From IMG/VR virus record IMGVR_UViG_3300042359_000621: 64,000 nt of DNA, one strand, 5' to 3'. Below the pieces are notes generated by a model. It did no database searches. It saw only the letters and a program-made list of their open reading frames with translations, and was not told the origin of the DNA. The DNA is from a virus. A program made the translations under genes and the position numbers. Positions 8,145-17,690 of this stretch are shown here, in pieces. Position 1 is the first letter of the stretch. Each line of letters starts with the position of its first letter.

Positions 8145-9500
8145 ATGAAGTTCAATCCAAATGCTACGGTTTCCGAGGCTCAAATGAAGTTAGCGATCGC
8201 TCAAACGTTATCGCTCCCATTTGCCTATAATTCTCCCGTGATGGTGTTGGATTTTGATTTAGGGGATAGTAACGGCGACAAAATAACAGGGCGGTTTAAG
8301 GACGCTTTCCGACCCCGCGTGTTTAGTTTTGAGATAACCAGGAAGTCAGTTGTCTATAAACCCTTCGTGGCTCGAACTGATAGCACGGGTTTGAATGTTG
8401 AGGTATGGGAAGATTTCTCGTCGGGTTATTCCTACCGATCAGGTTATTCCTACCGTGTTGATGCAGGGGGAGCAAGAAGGGAGAAAGCCCGGTGCGTAAA
8501 GCCTACGTCCTACAATTGTGGGAGTGTTTGCATCAATATCAAGAAAAGTTGCAGAGCTAATGCTGACGATGACTTTTCGGAGGAACGGATTGATAAGTTG
8601 CTCAAGTTAAAAAAACTGTATTTAGATGAACTGTACAAAATACAGCATGAGGAGCAAAAAGAAAGAGAATCTTATCTTCTTAAAGAAAATAAGGAGGTTA
8701 CTCTTGCGCTCATGGGTGCAAGAGAAAGGCAAAGAGAGCCAGAGAAACAAAAAGAGCTAGAGAAACAAAGACAGCTAGAAAAACAAAAAGAGCTGGAGAA
8801 ACAAAAAGAACTAGAGAAACAAAAACAGCTAGAAAAACAGCTAGAAAAACAAAAACAGCAGCAATCCCCTGGGCAAAGAGTCGGAAAATTAATGCCTTTT
8901 ATTGCATCCGTGAAAGAGATAGAGAAAACGGCAGAAGAATGGATTGATAAATCTAGTAAGTACGTTGCTACTGCGGGGGAAGCATTGAAGCAGTCCCCGT
9001 ACGGTAAAATTATAAAGTATGGCAATAAGGAGGTGATTGAGCGAGATGTTCTGGAGAAAAAAAGAGATTTAGTTGATGACTCAAATGCTGTGGCGGCGGG
9101 TCTAGCTTGGGCAGTAGAACTAGAGCCAGGATTACAAGATGCGTTTTTTTTAAAGGATGAATCAGGGAAATCTCAGGGGTTTTTCCTTACAGGAAACGAT
9201 AAATCTAAAGAATCTATGTATATAGAATATTTAGGTACTAATCCATCGAATATAATAACTAATACAAAAGGAGTGGGGAAGCAAATTATGTACCACGCTA
9301 TTCAAGAGAGTATAAAAAGAGGGTTTAATGGGAAGATAAAGCTAGAGGCGTTAGCATCTGCGGAACCTTTTTATGAGTCAGTTGGGTTTAAGAAACGCAT
9401 TGAAAAAAGTGCTAAATATGGATATGAACTTGAGTATTTTCATCTGTCGGAAAAATCAGCTAAGGCATTTGTCAAGGAATATGAGAAAAAACTAAAATAG
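8145..9500 (+). CDS. modular protein, paralog 3 (N-domain + 4-Cys motif + EKQ coiled-coil repeat + GNAT domain)
   Basis: It has the shared N-domain and EKARCVKPTSYNCGSVCINIKKSC. An 18-bp tandem (ELEKQK)n repeat lies at about 8741-8860. The C-terminal GNAT is about 85-90 percent identical in DNA to 5008-5385. Confidence 0.7.
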   Translation: MKFNPNATVSEAQMKLAIAQTLSLPFAYNSPVMVLDFDLGDSNGDKITGRFKDAFRPRVFSFEITRKSVVYKPFVARTDSTGLNVEVWEDFSSGYSYRSGYSYRVDAGGARREKARCVKPTSYNCGSVCINIKKSCRANADDDFSEERIDKLLKLKKLYLDELYKIQHEEQKERESYLLKENKEVTLALMGARERQREPEKQKELEKQRQLEKQKELEKQKELEKQKQLEKQLEKQKQQQSPGQRVGKLMPFIASVKEIEKTAEEWIDKSSKYVATAGEALKQSPYGKIIKYGNKEVIERDVLEKKRDLVDDSNAVAAGLAWAVELEPGLQDAFFLKDESGKSQGFFLTGNDKSKESMYIEYLGTNPSNIITNTKGVGKQIMYHAIQESIKRGFNGKIKLEALASAEPFYESVGFKKRIEKSAKYGYELEYFHLSEKSAKAFVKEYEKKLK

Positions 9501-9548
9501 GACAAAATATAATAGGATAAAATATAACTATCGTTTAAGGGTAAAAGC

Positions 9549-9722
9549 ATGAATAACGAACCTCAAACAGATGATGAAATCCTGGTCGATATGGATGAAA
9601 TCGACAGACTCGAACTTGAATACGGGATCTCTGCTGCCCCGTCTCGTAAGGTCAAAAGGGAAGACAAGCCTAAGTATAAACCCACTGGAGTGGCATCTCA
9701 AAGGAAGATCAATACAAAGTAA
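9549..9722 (+). CDS. small acidic protein (57 aa, paralog of 5419..5610; not in the ORF track)
   Basis: My own translation MNNEPQTDDEILVDMDEIDRLELEYGISAAPSRK.. matches ORF 5419..5610. The frame is intact from the ATG at 9549 to the TAA at 9720-9722. Confidence 0.45.
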   Translation: MNNEPQTDDEILVDMDEIDRLELEYGISAAPSRKVKREDKPKYKPTGVASQRKINTK

Positions 9723-9835
9723 ACAAATTAGCCCAAGAGGAAAGTCTCGAAAACGAAGGGAAAAGCCCAACGTATTAAGGTGTCAATAAACCAGTTTTTT
9801 GATAGAATAATTAAGAAAATATAGGATTAAAATGT

Positions 9836-10426
9836 ATGACTTCTATTGTATTGGACGATATTGAGTATCCTTTGGAAAAGCCTATTGATTTCCTTCTGAA
9901 TTGGGCAATGGAGGCATCGGCAGACGAGTTCAAGAGCAAGGAATCATTAGATAAAATATCAAAGGTTGTTAAGGCTGTTTGTCCTGCTATTCCTAACGAC
10001 TACTTCTTTACGGTTGACCCGCAGTGTACGATCCCTTTGATTGACAGCTATCAAATAATTGACTTTGTAGCTAAATTAATGGTTTGTGTTATTGAGCGAC
10101 GGATTAAGGTTATTGAGTCAATCCCAGAAGAAGACAGGGTATCTTTAAAAGTTGATATTGATCAAAAGGTGGCATTATTCCGTCAAGTTGTTGACCGCAT
10201 CAGCAAGCAATTCTCTGACCTGAAGTTTAGTCTAATTTTGGGAGGGATTCAGATAACCAATAACGACAAACCACCATCCCCTGTGTCACAAGAAGATCCG
10301 AAACTTGTGGCATTGAATCGGCAGATGTGGACAGGGGTGTCCCCACAGACAGATTCAAAAATCATGGAACTGAAACGACAGATGGAGGATCTAAGTTCTG
10401 AGATTGCTCTACTAGAAAAGGTTTAA
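9836..10426 (+). CDS. hypothetical protein
   Basis: ORF in the late block. No motif recognised. Confidence 0.45.
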   Translation: MTSIVLDDIEYPLEKPIDFLLNWAMEASADEFKSKESLDKISKVVKAVCPAIPNDYFFTVDPQCTIPLIDSYQIIDFVAKLMVCVIERRIKVIESIPEEDRVSLKVDIDQKVALFRQVVDRISKQFSDLKFSLILGGIQITNNDKPPSPVSQEDPKLVALNRQMWTGVSPQTDSKIMELKRQMEDLSSEIALLEKV

Positions 10427-10427
10427 T

Positions 10428-10625
10428 TCAGTCCCCGTATCGATCCTGGTACTCCTCAATCCCCATTTCTAGGAGCATCAAGAAAAAATAAGTCATCTCC
10501 AAAGAGTCAGAAGCGTCGTGCTTGCTGGCTTTTTCTTTTTGGGCGATCGCTTCTACCTTCTTATATAGGGGCATGGGAACACGGATGGACATTTTACGTT
10601 TTTCGATTCCGTCTGAAACTGGCAT
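10428..10625 (-). CDS. possible ribbon-helix-helix DNA-binding protein
   Basis: SIRVPMPLYKKVEAIAQKEK resembles an RHH N-terminal strand-helix. It is a lone minus-strand gene facing the promoter at 10670. Confidence 0.4.
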   Translation of the reverse strand: MPVSDGIEKRKMSIRVPMPLYKKVEAIAQKEKASKHDASDSLEMTYFFLMLLEMGIEEYQDRYGD

Positions 10626-10669
10626 TTTATAGGACTCCTAGCGAATTTAAAAATATTTTAGCATACCCC

Positions 10670-10698
10670 TTGACATTTGTAGGACAACCGGCTATTAT
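10670..10698 (+). promoter_or_regulatory. sigma70-like promoter
   Basis: TTGACA (10670-10675), a 17-nt spacer, then TATTAT (10693-10698), upstream of gene 10786. Confidence 0.4.
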
Positions 10699-10785
10699 TG
10701 GAAATGTGGATGGGAAAACACCCGAAACGACACCCGCCACAAAAACCAAAAACGCCACAGTAACAAAAACTCCAGGACTAAAACT

Positions 10786-11403
10786 ATGTTATTTACTCAA
10801 CATACCGACCGCTTGACCGCTTCAATCGTGGGTATTCAATCCCATATCGACGAATTAGAAAACCAACTCAAAGCCCTTCGTGGTGACAAGTCTAGCCTTG
10901 AGTCGGAACTTCAAACAGTCCTAACCTTAGAAGGTGCGGCGGAATCAGCTATCAATCAAGCTCAGTCTTTTGTTGACGCCGCCGATTCTATGGGACGGAC
11001 TGACCTGATCGCCACTTTCTGGCAGGCTATGGACGCTATGCAAAAAGGAGCGATCGCACAACTCCCAGAATCACCGGAACCCGAACCTACCCCCGAACCC
11101 GAACCTACCCCCGAACCACAATCCCCAACCGATGACGTGATCACGGTAGAAGTGACACCGGAACCCGAACCCACCACCCCGACAACGCCAGATCCCATGA
11201 CTGAAACTCAAAACGGTAAAGTCCCTCAGTCGGTAGGGAGTGCGGCTTTTAGCACAAAAGATGCTACCTTGGAAGAACTAAAAGAATATGTCCGAAACTT
11301 TCAATCGGACGATAAGACAAAAGTTCACGGGAAGCTTAGTCAACGAAGTACCTGGGTAATGGCCGCGAAACAACTCTTAAATATCTCAGACTACACGAAA
11401 TAA
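10786..11403 (+). CDS. coiled-coil / Pro-rich (PEPEPT repeat) protein upstream of the tape measure
   Basis: An 18-bp tandem gaacccgaacctaccccc x2 lies at 11077-11112. Its position immediately before the tape-measure gene suggests a tail-assembly role. Confidence 0.5.
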   Translation: MLFTQHTDRLTASIVGIQSHIDELENQLKALRGDKSSLESELQTVLTLEGAAESAINQAQSFVDAADSMGRTDLIATFWQAMDAMQKGAIAQLPESPEPEPTPEPEPTPEPQSPTDDVITVEVTPEPEPTTPTTPDPMTETQNGKVPQSVGSAAFSTKDATLEELKEYVRNFQSDDKTKVHGKLSQRSTWVMAAKQLLNISDYTK

Positions 11404-11514
11404 GTAAAAATCCCAGACTGTACACCTGGGATTTAATCAAAAAAGACAAGTAGATTCGCGGATCGATAAACCATAACCTCTTGATTTAATACTAACAAAT
11501 CAAGGGGTTTTAGG

Positions 11515-14500
11515 ATGTCAAGTTCAAGTCTTAGCGGAGTCAGTATCACGATCTCGGCAAGTAATCAAGTTTCTCCTGTCCTGAGAGCAATTCAAGGGGA
11601 GTTGCTTGGACTGCGCCAACCCCTTCAGGTGCTTGACTTGTTTCAGAGTTCCTTTGGGGGGATAACGTCATCTATTGTTCAAGCTACGACAACTATCGGC
11701 TTCTTTGGGCAGGGGATGTCAACGCTTCGAGGGTTGGTTTCTAACGGCCCGTTTAAATTGTTGATTGGGCAAACAGTCGAACTACATGGGCAGTTGCTAT
11801 CGGTCGCCTCAACGATGGCAGCAACTTCAAAAATCATTAGTAACGGGTTTGAGATTAAAGACCCTACACAAGCAATCCTGGCTCTCAACCAACCTATAAA
11901 CGATCAGATTAGACAGTTAAGGATTGATTCTATTGATCTAGTTGGGGTCACGTCTAAGCAGTTGATTCCCGTGTTTCAACAGGTGGCACAGGGTGCGACA
12001 CCGATTGGAGCAACCCTAAGCGATGCACGGAGTTTAACTATTGACTTTGCAGCAGCTTTGGGGACTTTACAGGTTCCGTTATTTCAAAGTAGGCAAGAAA
12101 TTCAATCAATTTTCCTAGGAACAATTGATATGAATTCTATCCTGGCTAAATCGTTGGGGATAACTAACACGATGGTTGCCAAGTGGAAGGCTCAGGGGAC
12201 TTTGGTGCAGGAATTAACCTCTCGATTGTCTGCATTTAGGGCTGGGAACAAATTAGCCGCCGAGAGTTTTTCTGGGGTAACATCAAACATTCAAGAGATG
12301 TTTGAATTGATAGGACAAAGATCGGGGGAAAAACTATTAGCACCTTTGACTCAATCCCTAAACGAAGTCTATAAGTTTTTACAAACGAACCTTGAGATGT
12401 TGGTGGGTGAATCGGGGAAGGTTACAGATCAGATCCTTCGCGCGGGTCTAGCCTTCCAATCTATTTTTAAAACGGTTCTTGGGGATGTGGTGACGGTCTT
12501 TAAGGATGTTCCATTATTCTTGTTTACCTCTCTAGCGAACGCATTGGAGGCACTGAATCAGGGACTGGGATTCACGATGACGGTATTGCGTCCTGCCCTT
12601 AACCTGTTCGCGGCATTATCAAGTGCGGTAGCTCCCCTCGCTTCTGGTTTCCTTGTGATTGCCCTTCAGGTAAAAGCCCTCACTGTTGGAGTAGGAATAC
12701 TTTCTAAGGCTTTTGGGATATTAGGCGGCATTCTGTTACCCGGTGTCGGGCAAATCTTCCCCCTCCTTGTTGCTAACGCAGGCGCTTTAGGCGCTGCTTT
12801 TACAGGGCTTGGGGGAGCAACTATCTTCAGTTCTGTAGGCATGGCTCAATTCTCTGCCAACCTTCAGCAAATACCCGGCGCAATGACGTTAATGGCTTCT
12901 GCTACGGCAGCGTTAGGGAATCTTCTCAGGACAGTTGGCTTGGCGGTTGTCGCATTTGGTGCGTTCAAAATAATTGATGAATTTATCCTCAAAAACAGGG
13001 GGTTAATGGAAGTCCTTGGGGGTGTATTTGGGGGGTTGGGTGAAGTTGTCAATATTTTAATCGGGTCTTGGCAGTCAGCCTTGATCACTTCGACTGTTGT
13101 TGTCGGGGGGTTAGCGATCGCATTCCGCGCTCAATTAATCCCTGCGGTTTTGTCGTTTATCTCAATTCAATTAGCTGGTGTTGTAACCAGTTCTGCATCT
13201 GCATTTGTGTTTCTTGCCGGAGTATTGACTTCTCTTGGATTTAGCAGTATGGCTATCACGGCCGGAACTGCTGCACTTCATTTACAAATGCTGTCTGCGT
13301 CTGCAAGTCTGGGAACATTGACTATGGGAGGGTTGGCTCTTGCTGTTAAAAGTGTAGCCTTATCTGTAGCTACGTTACTCGCTCCTTTAGCTGCTGTGGC
13401 TGCGGTAGTGGGAGGTATTGGACTTGTTCTTTATAGTCAATCCTTAAAGGATTCTACAGAAGCCACACAGGAGTTAGCTAATAGAACTGAAGAATATGGG
13501 GATTTAGCTATTGATTCGCTTGAGAAACTGTCTGTGGCTCAGAAAAAGCAACAGGAGTCAGAGAAATCAGGGATTAGATTGACCGACGAAGAATATAAAA
13601 ACAATCAAAAACTTCAAAATCAAGCCAAACTCAGGATCGGATTAATAGAGGATCAAATAACTGCATTAAAAGAGCAGGAAAAAACAGTTAAGGGTGATGC
13701 CAACAAGTCTAACATTCAATCTCAAATAGGTGAGCTAGAAAAACTAAAAACGGCATTAGCTCAAGCATCTTCTAATGTGGTTATTGCACCAAAAGATTTA
13801 ATGGTATTAGGGACGGCGTTAGAACAGTTAAAGAAAAAAGCAAATGAAGCTATGGACGCAATTCTAAAACCATCTGGAGATCAGGAGGTGTTTAAGAAAA
13901 AGGCATCTGAGGTTATTGAATTTAACATGGCTTTATTGGAAATGGGGCAAACAATTGATAAGGATGTTATTACTAAACTACGTCAGTTAGCTAACGATAC
14001 AAGGTTAGATCAAGAGGTTCAACGCAAGGCACAGGAAACAATTACTAAAGTCATTGAGCAGGAAAGCAAAAAGCGATCCGATACTATTGCAAAACAAAAA
14101 GCAGAGGTAGAATCTCAACAAAAAAACGGGGAGATAGGAGTAAGGAAATCGGAAAAGTTAATAACTGATTTAACTATCAAGGAATTAGAGGAACGGAAAT
14201 CAGCCCAACAAGAAATCCAGTCCGAGCAACGAGCTTTTGGAAACATTGAAGCAGCCCGAAAAGCCGGGGAAGAAATCAAGAAAATAGAATCAGATATTAC
14301 TAAAGCAATTGCAGAGGAACGGTCTAAACGGAACGAGGAACTGGTTAAAAACTTTCAGGAGCAACAGTCAATTATTGAGGGGTATCTCGCCCAAGGATTA
14401 ACCACAGAGAAAAACTACAATAACCAAAAATCACAGTTACAAATCGAGGGATTGGACGAACAAATTAGGCAGCAGCGAAACAAATTAGGAAAATTAGCAG

Positions 14501-16563
14501 GGGATGATAAAGAAGGTCGGGAGGCTATTAACGCCGAGATAGGGAAACTCCAAGTTCAACGGCAAAAAACAATTAAGGACGGTTATGATCAAGAGCTTTC
14601 TACCCTTGAAAAACAACTCCAGAAAACCGTTGATTTAGTCAAAGAGGCTGAATTAATTAGACAAAGTGAAGTTCAGAAGTCGTTTAATGAATTTGGAGGT
14701 AATCAGAATTTAATTAACGAGGAAAATGTAAAAAACAACCTTAAGACCCTTGAGGCTGAATACAGTAACACGGTTAAAAAATTAAAGGAAACAAAATCTC
14801 AACCAGCACTATCAGATCCCCGACTAGAGACTGACAGACAAACTAAAATCAGAAAGTTAAGACAAGAACAACTCCAACAATCTTTGGGGATGTTGAAAGT
14901 CGAGAAAGAAGCCTGGGATGCTCATACTCAAACCGTTTTAGGGAATATTGCCAAAGAAAACAACGCCCAATTATTAAGCATAGAAAAGCAGATTAATAGC
15001 GGTAACGTACTGAGGGAATTAGAGGGGGCTGCAAGTGCTACCGATAAAGTTCAGGAGTTGCAAGTTCTACTTAGTCGAGAAAAAGACATTAATAAGCAAG
15101 CCGAGTTAAGGTTGTCCCTAGAGAAAGCTATCAGGGAAGAACGGGAAGCCTGGGGAGCATTGGGGATTGCCGAAATTGAAGCAATTAACAATCTTGAGTT
15201 AATCGCCTTAAAAAATCTGCTAAACCAAGGGAAAATTCTCAAGGAAGAATACGATCTAAAAATAGCACAGCAAGCCATAGAAACATTGCAAAAACGAATT
15301 AGTTTAGAGACGGATGTTGGCAAGAAAATCAAGCTCCAATTACAGCTAGTTGAAGAACAAGGGCGGTTGATTGATGCAAACGTAAGGAGATACGAAGCAG
15401 GGTTAAACAAGGAAGCACAAGCCTACGAGAACACCATTAAACGCCAGAATAATGAACTAGACAATCAGAGTCGGAAATTCGATATTCTCAATAAAGCCCT
15501 TCAGATGCGTTCGGAATTACAGGACGCACAGAAGGGGGTGTTTGACGCGGCTAATAGCTTTTACTCAGGGGAATTAGATGCTTTAGTCCAAGGGGAACGC
15601 TCCGAACGGAAGAAAAAACAACTTGCAGAATTAATCTCGGCTATTAAATTAAAATCAGCTATGCAACAAGCTGAGTTTGATAGACAAAGTCTGATATCCC
15701 AACAATTAATGAAAACCATCGAGTTTGAACGGGAGAAAATAGCTGCTAGAAGGGCGCTGAATGATGCGAAAATTGAAAAAAGAAAAGCTGATAATGCTCT
15801 TAAAGTAGCAAAAAAAGATCCTAGAACAACTCCAGAACAATTAGAGGAGCTGCAAACAGCAGCAGATATAGCAGAAGAGAACGTTGGCTACCAAGAGCAA
15901 AATTTAGGTTTATTACGGAAACAAGGCATTATCCAGTCAAAAGTTTTCAAACTCCAGAGAGAAGCGTTAGAATTCCGCAGTCAAGGGGCTATTCGTTCGG
16001 CACAGGTAGACTTAGCGAACAACACCAGTAACAGATCATTGAGACGACAGCGTTTTGCTGATATTACATCCAGTGTGCTTGATAGTTTTGGAGTAGACAG
16101 TATAAATGATCTAACGGGTCGAGCCGCGGCGACGGGAGAACAAGCCCTCAGAGAAAGTGGATTAAGGGGGGGTAGAAGACTTCCAGGGGGATTATCAGCA
16201 GAAGAACAGATGCGAAGCCTTAGAGGGGATTCTGGGGAGTTTTCTGGTGCAACAGGTAGCGCACCTTCTGAAATCTACAAACTAACTGGCGGACTCGGTG
16301 GGGGGTCGGCATCATCTCCTCAATTAACAGATCCTCTCAAACTTCCCTCTGCTTTGTCTCCCGTCCTATCCCCCATCGTCTCCCCAGACTTCTCACGGGC
16401 ATTGCAGCAAGCTACAGGGAAAGGTCAAACGACAATTTCTCCAACAATAAATATCCCGATTACCGTAATCGGCGATCAAAAAGTGGGAGAATCAATTAAG
16501 AAACAGGTTGAACCGAGGTTAGAAAATGTTATTCAACAAATGGTTAATCTCTCCCGTAATTAG
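11515..16563 (+). CDS. tail length tape-measure protein
   Basis: 1682 aa. The N-terminal third is rich in Gly/Ala hydrophobic segments. It is followed by about 900 aa of heptad-like coiled coil (E/K/Q-rich). It is the largest gene in the late block. Confidence 0.75.
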   Translation: MSSSSLSGVSITISASNQVSPVLRAIQGELLGLRQPLQVLDLFQSSFGGITSSIVQATTTIGFFGQGMSTLRGLVSNGPFKLLIGQTVELHGQLLSVASTMAATSKIISNGFEIKDPTQAILALNQPINDQIRQLRIDSIDLVGVTSKQLIPVFQQVAQGATPIGATLSDARSLTIDFAAALGTLQVPLFQSRQEIQSIFLGTIDMNSILAKSLGITNTMVAKWKAQGTLVQELTSRLSAFRAGNKLAAESFSGVTSNIQEMFELIGQRSGEKLLAPLTQSLNEVYKFLQTNLEMLVGESGKVTDQILRAGLAFQSIFKTVLGDVVTVFKDVPLFLFTSLANALEALNQGLGFTMTVLRPALNLFAALSSAVAPLASGFLVIALQVKALTVGVGILSKAFGILGGILLPGVGQIFPLLVANAGALGAAFTGLGGATIFSSVGMAQFSANLQQIPGAMTLMASATAALGNLLRTVGLAVVAFGAFKIIDEFILKNRGLMEVLGGVFGGLGEVVNILIGSWQSALITSTVVVGGLAIAFRAQLIPAVLSFISIQLAGVVTSSASAFVFLAGVLTSLGFSSMAITAGTAALHLQMLSASASLGTLTMGGLALAVKSVALSVATLLAPLAAVAAVVGGIGLVLYSQSLKDSTEATQELANRTEEYGDLAIDSLEKLSVAQKKQQESEKSGIRLTDEEYKNNQKLQNQAKLRIGLIEDQITALKEQEKTVKGDANKSNIQSQIGELEKLKTALAQASSNVVIAPKDLMVLGTALEQLKKKANEAMDAILKPSGDQEVFKKKASEVIEFNMALLEMGQTIDKDVITKLRQLANDTRLDQEVQRKAQETITKVIEQESKKRSDTIAKQKAEVESQQKNGEIGVRKSEKLITDLTIKELEERKSAQQEIQSEQRAFGNIEAARKAGEEIKKIESDITKAIAEERSKRNEELVKNFQEQQSIIEGYLAQGLTTEKNYNNQKSQLQIEGLDEQIRQQRNKLGKLAGDDKEGREAINAEIGKLQVQRQKTIKDGYDQELSTLEKQLQKTVDLVKEAELIRQSEVQKSFNEFGGNQNLINEENVKNNLKTLEAEYSNTVKKLKETKSQPALSDPRLETDRQTKIRKLRQEQLQQSLGMLKVEKEAWDAHTQTVLGNIAKENNAQLLSIEKQINSGNVLRELEGAASATDKVQELQVLLSREKDINKQAELRLSLEKAIREEREAWGALGIAEIEAINNLELIALKNLLNQGKILKEEYDLKIAQQAIETLQKRISLETDVGKKIKLQLQLVEEQGRLIDANVRRYEAGLNKEAQAYENTIKRQNNELDNQSRKFDILNKALQMRSELQDAQKGVFDAANSFYSGELDALVQGERSERKKKQLAELISAIKLKSAMQQAEFDRQSLISQQLMKTIEFEREKIAARRALNDAKIEKRKADNALKVAKKDPRTTPEQLEELQTAADIAEENVGYQEQNLGLLRKQGIIQSKVFKLQREALEFRSQGAIRSAQVDLANNTSNRSLRRQRFADITSSVLDSFGVDSINDLTGRAAATGEQALRESGLRGGRRLPGGLSAEEQMRSLRGDSGEFSGATGSAPSEIYKLTGGLGGGSASSPQLTDPLKLPSALSPVLSPIVSPDFSRALQQATGKGQTTISPTINIPITVIGDQKVGESIKKQVEPRLENVIQQMVNLSRN

Positions 16564-16769
16564 TAGAGCCAATGGCATTCCCCATGGTGTTGTTTTGCCC
16601 CGTGAGTCTGAAGCTGAATGTGATAGCAAAAAGGGTAAATTTTCAGCGTCTATTCATAATCAGCAACCCTGGGAAAAAGAGTATACATGGACTAAGATCA
16701 AGGGATGGTGGATTGATAATTAATTATGACTATTAAGATTAATTATAGACTGAAAATATATACAATATT

Positions 16770-16803
16770 AAACCCCGTAAAACATTGTTATTTTACGGGG
16801 TTT
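16770..16803. terminator. bidirectional intrinsic terminator
   Basis: Hairpin aaaccccgtaaaa..ttttacggggttt flanked by A and T runs, between convergent genes. Confidence 0.6.
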
Positions 16804-16830
16804 AAATAGTCTGAAACTATTGATTTATGT

Positions 16831-17613
16831 TCACTTGACGCGATCGCCAATAGCTCGAATCAATTTAGTGGCGTACCATTTCAACTGAGGGATATTTTTA
16901 CCCCCGTTAGTAGAGTTTAAAATCAACTTACCCAACCCCTCACTACTGGATGTGAGTTGATATTGAATACGCCCCTTCGCGTCACGGGTCAACACTTGCA
17001 AGCCCAACTCACACAGCATTTTATTGAGGTCGCGGGGTGTCATTTTAACGCCACTCGCTTCAAACATCGAACAAACCTCTGTGACCGTTGACAGGGTTTC
17101 AGGGAGTTCGATACTGGATACAATTAACTTCTGAGCATCCAGATAAATCTCACGGTTTGTGGTGTCAATTTTGGAGGCGAGTGTAACCAGCCCCCAAGAC
17201 TCCACGACGGGAGATTCTAACCCGCATAATGAGAGGGCTTTTTTAGCGTATTCCAAAGCGTCAAACGATGACGGTGAGGTGATAGCTCTTTGATGGGTGT
17301 AACTGCCAGTTTCTCGGATGGAAGGTAAGACTTCCTCAAAAACCCAGTCCTGAAACTTTTCAGCAGCCGGGAGACTTGACCGCATGATTAATTGATAAAG
17401 TCCAGGCTCACTGATAAAATTCGGGCTTTTACCCGGTTTACCTAAATCTAACTGCTGGTTATATTTACCTGAAACGTTATCCTGCAATGCTTTTGATGGA
17501 TTTGCGTACCCCAAAGCCTTAGCAACTTGTGAAGCATTGAACCAAGGTTGACCGTCAATGACTATGACATCAAGGGAGTTTTGCTCGAAAACAAAAACTG
17601 ATATACTTTGCAT
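16831..17613 (-). CDS. Bro-N domain (BRO / antirepressor family) protein
   Basis: The N-terminus VIDGQPWFNASQVAKALGYANPSKALQDNV...FISEPGLYQLIMRS..AEKFQDWVFEEVLPSIRETG matches the Bro-N pattern. Confidence 0.75.
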   Translation of the reverse strand: MQSISVFVFEQNSLDVIVIDGQPWFNASQVAKALGYANPSKALQDNVSGKYNQQLDLGKPGKSPNFISEPGLYQLIMRSSLPAAEKFQDWVFEEVLPSIRETGSYTHQRAITSPSSFDALEYAKKALSLCGLESPVVESWGLVTLASKIDTTNREIYLDAQKLIVSSIELPETLSTVTEVCSMFEASGVKMTPRDLNKMLCELGLQVLTRDAKGRIQYQLTSSSEGLGKLILNSTNGGKNIPQLKWYATKLIRAIGDRVK

Positions 17614-17690
17614 TAGTTGACCTGTGTATTAGGTTGACTCATCCCCCGGACATTTACAGTGTTGCGGGGGTATTCCTTATTATATCGGAT
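17614..17690 (-). promoter_or_regulatory. conserved 5' leader with hairpin (copy 1; copy 2 at 32668-32740)
   Basis: About 75 nt directly upstream of the Bro-N start is near-identical in layout to the leader of the KilA-N gene. It contains the hairpin cccccgcaaca..ccggggg. Confidence 0.45.

Noticed and set aside
2108-9025. Minus-strand ORFs 2108..2482, 4445..4636, 4578..5003, 6889..7122, 7950..8183 and 8672..9025.
   Set aside because: They are antisense to well-supported paralogous + strand genes. Several merely mirror low-complexity K/E/P linkers.
9528-9789. Track ORFs 9528..9770 (-) and 9571..9789 (+).
   Set aside because: They are replaced by the 57-aa ORF 9549..9722 (+), which is a conserved paralog of 5419..5610. 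The track ORFs are other frames of the same DNA.
11679-15410. Minus-strand ORFs inside the tape-measure gene (11679..11888, 12864..13088 and 15051..15410).
   Set aside because: They are antisense shadows within a 5-kb continuous coding frame and have low-complexity composition.
16526-16723. Small + ORF overlapping the end of the tape-measure gene.
   Set aside because: It starts inside the tape-measure coding region, has no RBS and has no recognisable features. I cannot support it, though a short tail gene here is not excluded.
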